Shown: in pieces, positions 40,900 through 53,000 of the stretch
How the letters are laid out: every line of letters begins with the position of its first letter
How positions within the stretch are numbered: position 1 is the stretch's first letter
NCBI GenBank assembly: GCA_053919585.1
Contig: CM132795.1
Reading direction: 5' to 3' (one strand)
Source: Euprymna scolopes
Lineage: Eukaryota
DNA: 64,000 nt
The notes under the pieces: model-generated
The model's input: the letters and a program-made list of their open reading frames with translations, nothing else
Told to the model about the DNA's origin: nothing
Databases searched by the model: none
Program-made: the position numbers and the translations under genes

Positions 40900-42480
40900 G
40901 AGATTGATGTTTGGTGCTAGCTTCTAGACAACCGTACTCTAATCCTCTTGTTGTTGCACCTGACTCTAAGTTAGTGCTGCTGTGGCATTTTTTCTCCCTT
41001 CCAGTGCCAACAATGGGACCTATTTTCTTCCATAAAATAGGTACTTTAGCAAAACAAGAATATAAAAGCCAGCACAATCCGACCACATTTTAATTTGAGA
41101 ACTGCCTTCTATGATGCTGCATAGATTGCACACTGGATCGACAGCTTTGAGATCTCCATATTGACTAGTTACAGCATCAACTGTTTGATTTCGATATAAT
41201 AGAATATGCTGAGAATTTATAATGTCGGTCTTGGCTCATATATTTTAAGTGTTTCACCTGGAATTCGTTGTGGCTGTTTCTGCGCCTTACTATTTGGAAG
41301 AAATGTCCCACATCGTTAAACTCTTCTGGATTACATATCGCATAGGGACAATAAAAATTTTAGGACTCCTATGTTCTATTACGTTCTGGAGTCTCATCAC
41401 CAGAGACACTTTGCGATTGGAATGACAAAGGTTAAAGCTATCCTAGACCTAAAAGGATACATGTCTAGCACCACCTTGATGTGAACTGTTTGAGCATTTT
41501 GGCAGGTGAAGAGACATAAATGCATTCTTTATTCAATAGTACCAGATGTGTACAGAAAAATTAATTTCAAATTTTACACCTGAAATGGGGAAGCTGGTCT
41601 AATAGTCCAATGTTTGAGTTACAGAAAAGAATGCCTAATACTTAATATGAAAATCTTTCTTAACAAAGAATTAAGTCAAGTATCTGAACAAGTAATTTGC
41701 AAGGGTCCCTAAGAATCTTATATACTCCTCAGCAAAGACCATAGAAAATTCTAAAGTGGCAAATTATCCTCCATGCATGGGCCCCAAACTCCAGATTAGA
41801 TTTGAATTTCTTCAATCATAATCTAAACTTCCACAGTTGAGCGGTCCTGTATATGACCTAAAACTATATCCGATGGTGAGGCCCCACCTTGCGGGCCTTA
41901 GGGAGTGTGGAGCCAACCTTAATTGCCATTGCTCCCAGGTCCACTCTGACCCGGAGTGTTAGTACTTGTTAGATTCTATTTAACTCATAGTTGGGACCCT
42001 GACTTAAAAACTATACTCCATTAAAAATCGCTCCTCAATAACTAGATTCGGCATTAAATAACCTGAAAAAGGTTGATATGCCGTAAAACAACCAACCAAT
42101 CCAGTTGAGCAGTAAATATTTGAAGCAAGGTGTCACAGTGGATCTGTAATTCCCACTCGATTAAAGAACATACTGCAGTTCATTAATACTGTTGATTATA
42201 AAACTAGACATCAGAACAATATCAACTACGTGTTGTCATAATTTGGAAGACAGTAAACCCTTGTAGCTGCTCATAAGACGGATACTTCCGGGTAAGATGT
42301 ACTATCAGCAGCTTTATGGTAAAATGAATTAAGGCGACCTTAGCCATAGCAAAGATTGACTTAAATTGTATATACTGCACAACGTATGCAACAAAATCTC
42401 ATACACTGAATCAGTAAAAGTCCCAGCTTGACTTGGCTATCAAAGTCGGCAAGAGTTTCCCATAGCTTTAGATACCAATG
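40900..42480 (+). mobile_element. Very decayed LINE (RT plus possible RNase H), host of SINE copy 2
   Basis: Weak STxDHI-, AFE- and VPA-like remnants in order. No intact frame. Confidence 0.25.
41843..42101 (+). mobile_element. Structured SINE-like retroposon, copy 2, with (AACC)n tail and 9-bp TSD
   Basis: Flanked by direct repeat CAGTTGAGC (41834-41842 and 42102-42110). Tail AACAACCAACCAATC. No ORF. Confidence 0.8.
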
Positions 42481-44222
42481 CAAAAAAAGTGTAACTATTT
42501 AATCGGAATAACACAATACAAGGTGGAAGGAAAGACTACCATCTTCATGAGGTAACAATTGACTAACAGACTAGAAATATTGTGACAAATATGGCAACAT
42601 TTGTCTGAATTGAAACTGGATAAAAATTGCAAAGTGTCAAAGTATCTGATTAGATATAATCCAATTCTATCTTTGATAGAAACTTTATTTGAATTCTAGT
42701 TGAGGTTTCTACCAAGAAAACAGTTAGCATCCTGAAAATAAAGTGAATTGGCAGATATGTTTCATCCACAAGAACCGGCGAGGAGTCGAATCTGCATGCA
42801 GAATTAGCGCCTTGAATTATCTTTCGGTCCTTCCAATGGCATAACTTTGTCACAGTTAAGACTGAAAAAAATAGAAGCATCTATTGCTCTAAGTGTAGCA
42901 TCTCTTCGTATAGAACAGATATCAGAAATGGATTCAGTTTCTACCAAAAATCGCCTAATACAATTTATGCTAGGTAAAATTAAAACTAAATAAAAAGTAA
43001 CCTATTAGACCATGCTAAATCACTGGGCAGGGGAGGTATCTTAGAACTCTAACTGGAGACCAAGGCACTTTAATGTACTTCATTAATTACTCGTTTAATC
43101 ATGTCACCAATAAGTCTAGGAATGAAAAAATTGATATACTTCTAGACAGCTGGGTCACCTTTCAGCTCTTGGAAACTGAAAATATTTAGACATAAATCAG
43201 TAATAAAGGATTTTCCCAACTTTGATCTTGTTCTTCACAAAAACTTTCAAGTTCAGTCAGACTTGACTTTTGGAAAAAGTCAATGGTGTTTTGAATGTTC
43301 GATAATTTCATCAATTTTGAGATGTTGAGGGCAAGCAGTTCAGTTAGATTGCATTAAAGTTGTCGGTCAATATTAAGGGATTCTTGAAACATTTAAGATT
43401 TAGTTTCCTGCCATCATAAGTCATCTCGCATGTTGTGAATAGTATTTGCTCAACTGAATCTTCATTTAGATAATTTTAAATTGTTTTAAACCATAGATGC
43501 TTCGCTTACATTAAAAAAGGTATCACTTCAAAGCCTTTTAGTTTAATGTAATTTTTTCAGTTAACTATTTGAATGATTGTCTAATTGATGTAGCCTTGGG
43601 CCGAGCTATACTAAGGCAATAACAGCTAACACCGATTCAAATTCGACAAATATGCCGAAGGTCTTTTAATAAGATTTTCTAAGAAAATCTAGTTATTGAT
43701 CTATCTTGATGGTTTTTTTTCATTTTTGTTAGCATCATGCTTTCATTTAAATACTATTACCAATAGCTTTCATTACTGCAATTCTGTAAGGTCCAATACT
43801 TTACTAGTATATAAGGAAAACTTTCAGTTTGATTGCTTTCATCCATATTTCCAGGATGAGAAAGTGCTTATTTAATTTTCACTAGGTCATTTATATTATG
43901 ACCTACGTAGACCCATTGATCATACTAATCTAGGTTTTTTAGTCCTTGTCAGGACTTTGTCCTTTCTGCTGAGTAATTATCATCACAGCTGTTTTGATAT
44001 TAAACTTCTATTAGATCTGTTTACTATTTTTCTCCCCGTAATTCGTTGAAAATTCAATTTCTATTGAATACTCGATTTTATTGTATTAAACTTTAGCCCA
44101 ATATCACATCTGAGGAATATACTTTTCCTTGCTTTAGGATGAATGATGCGTCTTTAATCTTTCACGGTCTGGACAAAATGATCAAATCCAAGAATGTGCA
44201 ATGGTTTCATGTTTGGTTTGTA

Positions 44223-44365
44223 NNNNNNNNNNNNNNNNNNNNNNNNNNNNNNNNNNNNNNNNNNNNNNNNNNNNNNNNNNNNNNNNNNNNNNNNNNNNNN
44301 NNNNNNNNNNNNNNNNNNNNNNNNNNNNNNNNNNNNNNNNNNNNNNNNNNNNNNNNNNNNNNNNN
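44223..44365. other. Assembly gap (143 N)
   Basis: Run of N. Confidence 1.
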
Positions 44366-44657
44366 ATATTATATTATATACAGTATCGGCCATAATATAA
44401 GGAACGAAAAAAAACAATTCATGTATATTTAAAAAAATAGTGCTGGGTCCATAACCTGTTAAGTGTTAAGACTGTTGAACGAAGATGGTGGTGAAGGAGC
44501 AGTGCACTACGATCCTGTGTAATTGCCAGTAACAAAAATGGCAGCGACCTGATCGGTTTTAAAACTCGACAATTTTTATAGTAACTTTGGAAGCTTTTCA
44601 TTGATTGCTCACCATGACTTGTGGTTATAAAAACGATCGTCGAAATCATTGGTGTCA

Positions 44658-45505
44658 TACCCCCATTTTGCAGGAGTGCCCCTCCTTTAGGGGAGCCTGC
44701 GGGTATCCCACTTTCCAGGCCTTGTGCCAAATAATGCTGATGTGGGCAGCATTTAAATAAATACCCCCATTAGTTCTTCTGATGTGGATGTCTCCTAGCG
44801 GCTTCGGCTGCAGGGAGACAGGGTAGTACACGTCAAGGATTCGTCACTTGACACTCAGCCCAACAGGTGAGGTGCCGGCCCCCGGCCCAGCACCTGTTGG
44901 ACTGAGGTACGCCGCCTGGGTAATACCTAGGAGGTCCACCCTCCCAGGCCCTGCCACCGGGCTTTCTAGTGGGGCAAGTTAATTGCTTGTCGCCTGAGCC
45001 GCCCCTACCGGGGAATGCCGACGGGGGCCCAGGCAACTTTTGATGAGGCAAGAGTGCCTCTCCTTTATGGGAGCTTGCCTATTTCCACCTTCCGGCCTTG
45101 TGCCATATTTTGGTGTGGTGAACACCAAATAAATAGCTACCCCCATCAGTTCGTCTAATGGGATGTCTCCTAGCGGCTTCGGCTGCAGAGAGAGGGTAGT
45201 AGTACTTGTCAAGGATTCGTCACTTGACACTCAACCCAACAGGTGAGGTGCCAGGAACCGGAGCAGCACCTGTTGGACTGAGGTACACCGCCTGGGTAAT
45301 ACCTGGGAGGGTGGACCTCCTAGGCCTTGCCACTGGGCTTTCCGGTGGAGTAAATTCATAGTTTACTGCCTGAGGCGCCCCTACCGGGGAAATCCGACGG
45401 GGTTACTCAGGCAATTTTTCAATGGTAGGATTGCCCCTCTTTTAGGGGAGCCTGCTGGATCCCCACTTTCCGGCCTTGTGGCAAATAAATAACTACCCCC
45501 ATCAG
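44658..45505 (+). repeat. GC-rich head-to-tail array (~2.25 copies, period 376-378 nt) of a highly structured non-coding unit
   Basis: GGCCTTGTG at 44718, 45094 and 45472. TACCCCCAT at 44658, 44762, 45138 and 45494. Multiple hairpins show compensatory changes between copies. Confidence 0.95.
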
Positions 45506-48059
45506 GAGTCAAAAACATTTAACCTTCTAGAGCTAGCTAAGCATTGGATTGAAGCGTAATATTTAAGTAGCATAGAAATGAATTTCATTTATCACTGACA
45601 CCCAAGGTCAGATGGAACCTGACAGTAAATAGGACGTGCATGTACGTAATAACCTCGGTATTGCCACCGGATGTATTTTAAAGTCATAAACAAGATAATT
45701 TTCCTGGATTTTTTTTTTTTTTAGCTTAATTTGAAAGCTGATTACAGAAAAGCATATTGCTTTTCTGTATAAGGACTGTTATGGTTTATATCATAAATCC
45801 TTATAAATTCATAAAGATCAATTTTTCTGCGGCTATTTAATGTTTGGGGAAATGGGTTCTAATTTAAGGATGGTCATTAGAATCAGTTTTCGTGCAAAAA
45901 CTCTTAAAAATCTTTTCCCCATAACTTAAATGTGAGCGGCTTCTGTAACTTCAGGCGCTTTAGAGCTCTTCTATATCGCATTTAAATTTCCGATGAATCC
46001 GAAATGCGTGTAACTCGAAGTAAATTAAATTAGTGGAGGAAAAATTTTTTTACTTTTAACACTTCATGAAACATTTTACATTTTTAGTTTTTGTTTTAAC
46101 ACTTACGAAAAACTATAAATGGTGTCATTTTAAAATGTCTTCTACAAGTTTTATTGCAGAATTGTCATGATGCATGAGTTTTAAAACGTTATCAGACTTA
46201 TTTTAAACATCTGTAAACTTCAGCTGGATAAATGAAATTGTCAAATGTATGTTTTAACACTCGTGGTTATCAAAAGAATTTAATTTCATTTTATGCCTAG
46301 TGACTTCCGTTCCATATTTAGTTAACCGAATCTTAACTTGAAGAACTGAAGTTTTTGGACTTGACCATATTTTAGATGCTCCTTCCTTCAATATCTTGGA
46401 TTTTTCTAATGATAGAACGATTCTGAAATTTTGGTAATTGTCTTAAGAATTCCTTGCATGAAATAGCAGATGCTGTTTACATGTTCTATACGTAATACTG
46501 TAGTACGGCTAAGCTGGATATAATCGTCCTATATTTCCGGAATCGTAACTGTAGGATATTTTAACCTTAATTGAATTATATGGGTAAACTATTTGGATTC
46601 AAAATGAAAGGCTTATGAAATAAGTTTGAAAGCTGAATTACAACGCAATATTGTGAAAATAAACAAGTGCTTGCTTGTTTAAAATGAATATTTTGGAGTT
46701 CGACTCCTTCGTCATAATTTTATTTTCCTTTTTCCTCGCCATGATAAATTAACTTAGTAAGTACACGGCTATATTCTGCTGTTATTGAATTTAGTTTAAA
46801 CCTTTCTTATACCGAGGCATTTTAAGCATATTACGGACAGCACCAAAACTAAACAGATTCTTTTGTATAGAAAATTTGGTACAAGTTTCTTTCAAAATGT
46901 TTAATAGCATGAATACAATCCTTATTACTAGTTGTATGAATTCGTGTTTAGAGGCAGGATAGTTTCCTGCTACTATTGCAGATTACATTTTTACAGAACC
47001 AGCAAATTACATGACGAATCCTCCTTTTGAATGATTAAGAGCAGGATAAAATTTGCCACCTTGCTTTATATTATGTTACTAGAATATCACATTTTTTACA
47101 TAAAACTCCATATGGAGCAGTATTAATTTTCGGCCGAACAAGTTCTATTTGCCATGTCAAAGAATTTCCTAGTTTTGTTACTAATGAAAACTGTCTAAAC
47201 TTGTCGGTCTGTCCGACCTCTTTGGGTAATAAACCCTAGGAACTCGCTAATTCTGGGGATGCTTAATTTCTTGGGACAAATTTCTATTATCTTACAGAAA
47301 ATAGTCCTGTGGAGATTGAGACAAGTAATACATGAGTGGGGGGGGTAATGGAGTTAATAAAAATGGAATATTAGTAAAAACTTTGCATATAAAGATGCCA
47401 TTCAAGATACCTTTCAATCCACTGATTTTCAAAAGGGGAACCGTCAGCAAATAGCATTTAAATAGAAAAAACAAATATATCGTGGGAAAGAAACACTATC
47501 ACCAATATAACCAAAAAAGACGTCATATCTGCATGTAATAGAACAAAAACTAATTGACAAAAGTAGGCATTGTTTTTGTTTTTTTTTTAGTTTTTTTTTT
47601 TTGTCTATAGCTCTTTAAATAATTCTAACTTCTGGGAGATCTTTTTTCTTTCAGAATATAAAATGGGTGTTTGGATAGGGTATTGTGTATAATGCAAAAG
47701 CAACTATCTGAATATTTATTGTCTAGCAAATGCTGCCCAATAGCTCACTTGTGAATCGGCGAGTGCCCGTATGTGTCTTGTAAATAGATGTACTCGTTAA
47801 TCTTTAAAACCTGTGACTTACAGAAACATGAATAATTTGTCCCTCCGCTTCCTAAGTGATAAAAAATTCTAACCATATAGTCAGCTTCACACTTGAATTA
47901 AAATTCGTGGATTACTAAACTATTTAATGTGAGAAACCTCTTCTGCAAGGCTTGAGAAGCAGATCCATTACTAACTACAGGGAGGTCGACCACGTAACGA
48001 AACAAAACCTCATTCTATCAAATGTTTTACTGATAACCAAAAGAAGTTTCAAGGGATAC

Positions 48060-48640
48060 TTGGGTGGGCTTAAAAATCGGAATTTTACCAGTTTATTTAT
48101 GAATATACTTTAAAATAATGGCCGTGCAAATCATGGGGGTATAGTGGTTTCAGTGATCTTCCTATTTATTGAACAAAGGAATCCCAGCTAATATACTGGC
48201 CTGTGAAAGTAGTTTTCCTATAAATTGTGATAGTGAAATCATTCCGTTCTTTCTGCGAGGACATCAAGAATAGGGCCATTATGCTCTTCATCCATAGCAA
48301 ACAGTAGCGCTAGTTAGAGATTGTTTAATTTAACGAAATATTCACTTTGTAACAGGACTTAAAAATGACAAGTGTCGTCCACATAACTCAATAGCAAAAG
48401 GCGTCTAGGAACTCTAGTGAACAAGATACCTGAAACCCATGAAAATGCTCGCTAGGATTACACCTAAAGAACTGCGCATCGCCACTTGATGAACCTGCTG
48501 ACAATTTGATTATTGAAACTGATAAACTTGGTGGCCAGTTCAAGAAAAATTCTCTGGAAAAATAGGGGTTGAAGTTCTGTGATGAAACATATCAGCACAT
48601 AGCTAAAGTTACAAGGAAACGTTTGTTAATAAGCTGGTAA
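48060..48640 (+). mobile_element. Decayed RTE-like LINE RT fragment
   Basis: Remnants resembling YADDL.I (PADNLII) and LE..GLK. Confidence 0.3.
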
Positions 48641-48951
48641 CATCAAACTAAAAAGTTTGAATTACAATTCAGTGCCCACATAAATATTGTGAAATGAAAA
48701 GAATCTGCAATAACATTTTTAACGAGATCAAGGATCTGGCCCAACCACTTTCCCAGCTCATGTTGCGGTGACCGTCATGAATAAAAGGGCCTTACAAGGA
48801 CTGTCCTTGTGACTCTAGTAGCCCGTACATTCTTAGTCATTGTGAACCAACCGTCCGGATCATATCATATAGGTATCATTACTAAAAAATCTTGTATGTA
48901 GCAGAGAGATTTGGAGGTTTGGTTTCAATGCTCGAGGTGTCGTCAGTTTTT

Positions 48952-49065
48952 CACCAAGCTTTTTTGAATTGTTTGACGGTTCGAAATATTTAGGATTTTC
49001 CTAATGTAATCGTTAATGTTGAGAATTACCACACCAACACCTTTTATCTAGTTTAGTGATGTAAA
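48952..49065 (+). repeat. Dispersed repeat A (second copy 53484-53600)
   Basis: Shared TCACCAAGCTTTTT..TTGTTTGA..GTTC.AAATAT..ATTTTCCTA.TGTAATC..ACCACACC..CACCTTTTATC. Confidence 0.85.
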
Positions 49066-49527
49066 CTGATAATAGAGCAGCCAGTCTAAGTGCTACCAAA
49101 GAGTTGGGGCTCCTGTGCTGTCAGTGAGAAACAGCAGCCAAGATCGGCTCAGATCAGTCGAGTGAGCACAAGTGGCAAACCCTACTTGCTCAATTTGTGG
49201 AAGAAATTGGACAAATTGGATTCAATATCCTAGTAAGAGAACAAGGCAGAGCTCAAGGGTGGCTCTGGTAAGTCCCTGATATTGCACATCTGCACGTGGC
49301 TAATAGACAAAAGAACTTGAAAGCTGACAATAAGCGAGCCTATATATATTTAAGCGAGTTAGGTTTGCAAACCTGAGAATTCAAATGATCAGCTCTAGGA
49401 AGGTTATTAACTATGACTGAGGAGGTCTTCTTCCAATTTTAATTTCAGTTTTCTTTATCCTTGAGGGATGACTTAACAAGATCTATGGGTCCATCACTGA
49501 GAAGTGTGCCTGGTTTCTACACCATGT

Positions 49528-49965
49528 ATTTCTGCACCCTCTGCATGGATGAAAATTAAGTATTTTAGCTTTAACTATTTTAAATAAGTATAGAATTAGA
49601 TAAATTTCCCTTAACATTAAGATATAGAGTATGCATTTAGTACAAAAAATTAATATTTTAGTAATCCCCCCCCCTAAGAGTTGTCCTAGTTTTGTTTTAG
49701 CAACACTGGTTGGTTACTATTGAATAACGAGCTGAAATATAGCACAGATCTGGTTATGGATAAATAATCACCGGTTTTGCTAATAGAATTGGTAGAATCA
49801 AGTCTGTCAAGAAGTGAAGAGTTGAAAGAGTAATCCTTTGATTGTTAATGATTATCATGTAGGTTTTCAAAATTTATGTATCAATAATTCTCGTCATAAA
49901 TTTTGTTCAACTAGTTTGAAATAATACTTGAATTAGCGAACAGCAGTTGGTTCGTGGCGATGAAA
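49528..49965 (+). repeat. Dispersed repeat B (~440 bp; second copy 56821-57270)
   Basis: Shared ATAGAATTAGATA.ATTTCC, CAAGAAGTGAAGAGTTGAAAGA, GTTTTCAAAATT.ATGTA and AATAATACTTGAATTAG. Confidence 0.88.
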
Positions 49966-50039
49966 AGATCTGATTAGCCCTAAAAACTCGTTCAGACCTA
50001 ACTTAAGGTGTATACATAGTTTTGTAGTCTCTTTAAGAC

Positions 50040-53000
50040 AACAGCCCTCATCTTGGGCCTCATTTTTTTTTTTTTTTTTTTTTTTTTTGTCTCAGCCTAC
50101 TGCCCAGAGATTCTCGCCCGTTTCTGAAGTAGGTCCTCTCTATCCCCCTCCCTCCTGATCACAGAAATGGCAATGGGGTGGTGATCGCCATTGCTGGGGC
50201 CCTTCTCCGAAGGGGAATAATGCATGCCTCTTCTTTGCTTAAGCTCTCGTCTGCGAACTGGGGATTGAAGAATACCGCTTCTGCTGGGATGTCTCATTGG
50301 TCTCTGACTTGGAATCACTTGCTTCCGTTGTTTACAGGTAGCCCCGATTGTGTTGTCTGCCGTAAGTCCTTAATGTGACGGGGCACACCGACACACTGCT
50401 GGCTTGCTGATCACTTCAGTGATGCGTCCAAGTCCATACAGAGTTGTACATTTGCCACATGGGTTCTTGATCCAGACATCCCCTTTTTCCAGCTTCCCTC
50501 CAGTTACCTCGGGTACTGGGTTCGTTTCTATGCGTTTCACCCTAACGTGATACCTGTACAATGTGTCAGCCGGCACTGTAGAGGATGATACAGTATCCTT
50601 TGTGGTCATGTTGTATAAATAAGCTGCTTCAGACACAGCACAGCCTATTCTGGCGGCGATAGTTTTGACAGGCCTGTGGTTCTGCTCAATAATTCCATTC
50701 CTGCTCAGTACGCAGGCATATCAGAACCGCAGATGTACTCCCCAGCCATCGGCGAACTTACTGAATTGTTCATTGTGAAAGCGGTGCTGTTGTGAGTATC
50801 TCCATTAGGGTGCGGGGCTACGTTCATGGAAGATGCTGTTTAGCTGATGGATGACTGTTGCCGTATCTTTGCGGCGGAGCGGCCGCCATTTAGCAAACCT
50901 AGATGGGCCGCAGTCAATGAGCAATAGGTAATCCTCACTTGTGATGAGTAACATCTATCGCCAGCCGGCTTCAGTGGCTCTTTACATCTAGTTTTCCTTT
51001 TTCCCAGTCAACGGATGCCGGCTCGATGGATTGGCAAGCCACGAAGCTCTCAACGCCTCTTCTAACGTCTGCTTTTTGTACTTCAGGGTCATCTCATCCA
51101 GTGGTGACCTTAGACGCTATGAACGCCACCGCAACACTAAGCCAACCACCCACAAGGTGTCCAATTTTCTGCACCAAGAAAATACGTTTCTTCACAGGGC
51201 ATGTCTGGGACTTCATTTCCCCGTTTCTAATGCAGGACGTCTTCTCCCTGGACCTGTAAACTGAGCACCTGTGCGCCATCCTGTAGTCTCTCTGGCTCTT
51301 TACTGAGAAGTCCGAAATTGCAGAGAGGCTCTTCTACATGCGTCGCAGATACAACCCTTCATTCACATACACGTCATCAATATATGCAGATGTTGCCTGC
51401 CTTATGCGCTCATCCTGAGTCAGAATGGTGTCAATAATTGTTTGCATAATTGATGGCGCCACGTTGAGTCCGAACCCCATACGAGTTGAGCAGTATCTCT
51501 TCCCCTTAACCAGAACTGTCTGATAAGGCCATAGTGACTGGTGTACATGCACTTGAAGGTGCGCCTTCTGAAGATCAAGCATGCACACATTAGACCCTGC
51601 TTGTCACCATTCCCATAATTTATCAGCACACGTCTGCGCAGGCCGTAAAGGGGTCCGCGTGTTTGTATAAATCTCTATAATCAAGCACCGGCCTCACTTT
51701 TTGTTTGGTTGGCTGGACGACCAGTGGGTTTAAACACTTCAGAGACCCCAATTCCTTCTCAGGATAAGGAACCAGCCATCCATTGTCGATCCAGATCTGT
51801 AGTTCCCTATAATACTCTACGCAAGCTCCGGGGGAAATCTTGTACTCTGGCACTCTATTAAACAAATTCTCTGGTGGTTTCGCTGACCACTTGCAAGGCA
51901 CAGTCCAGGACTTCGTGCACTGGTCAAACTCCGCACAAAAATCAGGTTTATCTAGAGTGAGTGCTGCGCAAACGGTCTTCACATTGGGAGAATGTCACAT
52001 TCCTGGCTCCATCTAAGACTCCACCTAGCTGCACAATTACGTCCATTCCTAAGAGTAAATCATACTCGAGTTCTCCTTGTCCATAATCAGAGCTTGCACG
52101 TCTACTTCAGACCCACTACCGATGCTTATGTAGATGACACCTTAAGAGGACAACGAGCTCCCACCTACAGTTAGCACCGGAGTTCTAGTCATTTTCCAAG
52201 TGTCATAATGTTCTTTGCACACAAGTATCTGGGTGCAACCCGTATCCACAAGCGCGTGGCACTTGTGCCCATTAACGTGTATGCTCACTGAAGGTAGCGC
52301 CTTGTTTGATGACTATCTGGGGAAAAGACTGGTGCTGTAAGTTCCTCCCTGTAGCCCATTTCCGGACAGGCGCGAGCCAGGTGTCTTTGGTTTTTACATC
52401 TGTGACACCGTGGTCCATTAGGCTTCTGGGTCGTTGACCGCGACAAAAGGCAATCACGGACCCAGTGGTTTGGGCCCCTGCATCAGAAGCAGTTAACACT
52501 TCTGGTGTTCTTGCTAGCTGCAGTGGTGTAGGTGCACTTGCGGCCTCTCAAAGTTGGACCCCGGCAACGACCTCATCTCTGGTATCCATCAGGATGGCAT
52601 GAGCCCTCTCAAGCAGCTCTTTCAATGACGGCTTGTCCATTCGGGTTGATACTCGCAAAATTCCTTTTGCATGGCATGGCAATCTATTCATGAAGGCTTT
52701 TTATCCAACACTCTTGTGGCATTTTACCTACCAGGCATGCTAGCCACTGCAAATCCGTCAAACTCCTCCAGTCTCCCCTGGCCAAAGGCAGTGGGTGGTT
52801 AACTGTTCCAATGCTGTAAACGTATCCCATAATCCTTTACAAGAGCACGCTTGATTTCCTCGAGGTCACTCTATTGGTCCTCAAAGAGTTGCCGATGCGT
52901 CTCATGAGCCGCACTCTGCAGCGGCAGTACTCGCTCCAACTTGGTTTCCTCGCACAGCTCGCCTGTTAACTCTACATCCTCTAGCCATTCTACTATTGGA

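Noticed and set aside
44139-44432. ORFs spanning the N run
   Set aside because: Artefacts of the assembly gap.
44992-45035. HDV-like ribozyme (GGGAATGCCGACGGGGG resembles the J4/2-P2' region)
   Set aside because: I could not build P2/P3/P1.1 consistently in both units by eye.
45040-45060. Hammerhead ribozyme core (TTGATGA-GGCA-AGAG-TGCC)
   Set aside because: It starts with T instead of C, no GAAA follows stem II, and the motif is not conserved in the neighbouring units. Minus-strand CTGATGG also fails the CUGANGA consensus.
44419-45230. ORFs 44419-44730, 44833-45051 and 44979-45230 as proteins
   Set aside because: Frames are not preserved between repeat units and no motifs are present; long open frames are expected in GC-rich sequence.
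49110-49272. Possible host exon ending in a GTAAGT donor
   Set aside because: The translation ETAAKIG... looks like a decayed RTE RT scrap, and no partner exons were found.
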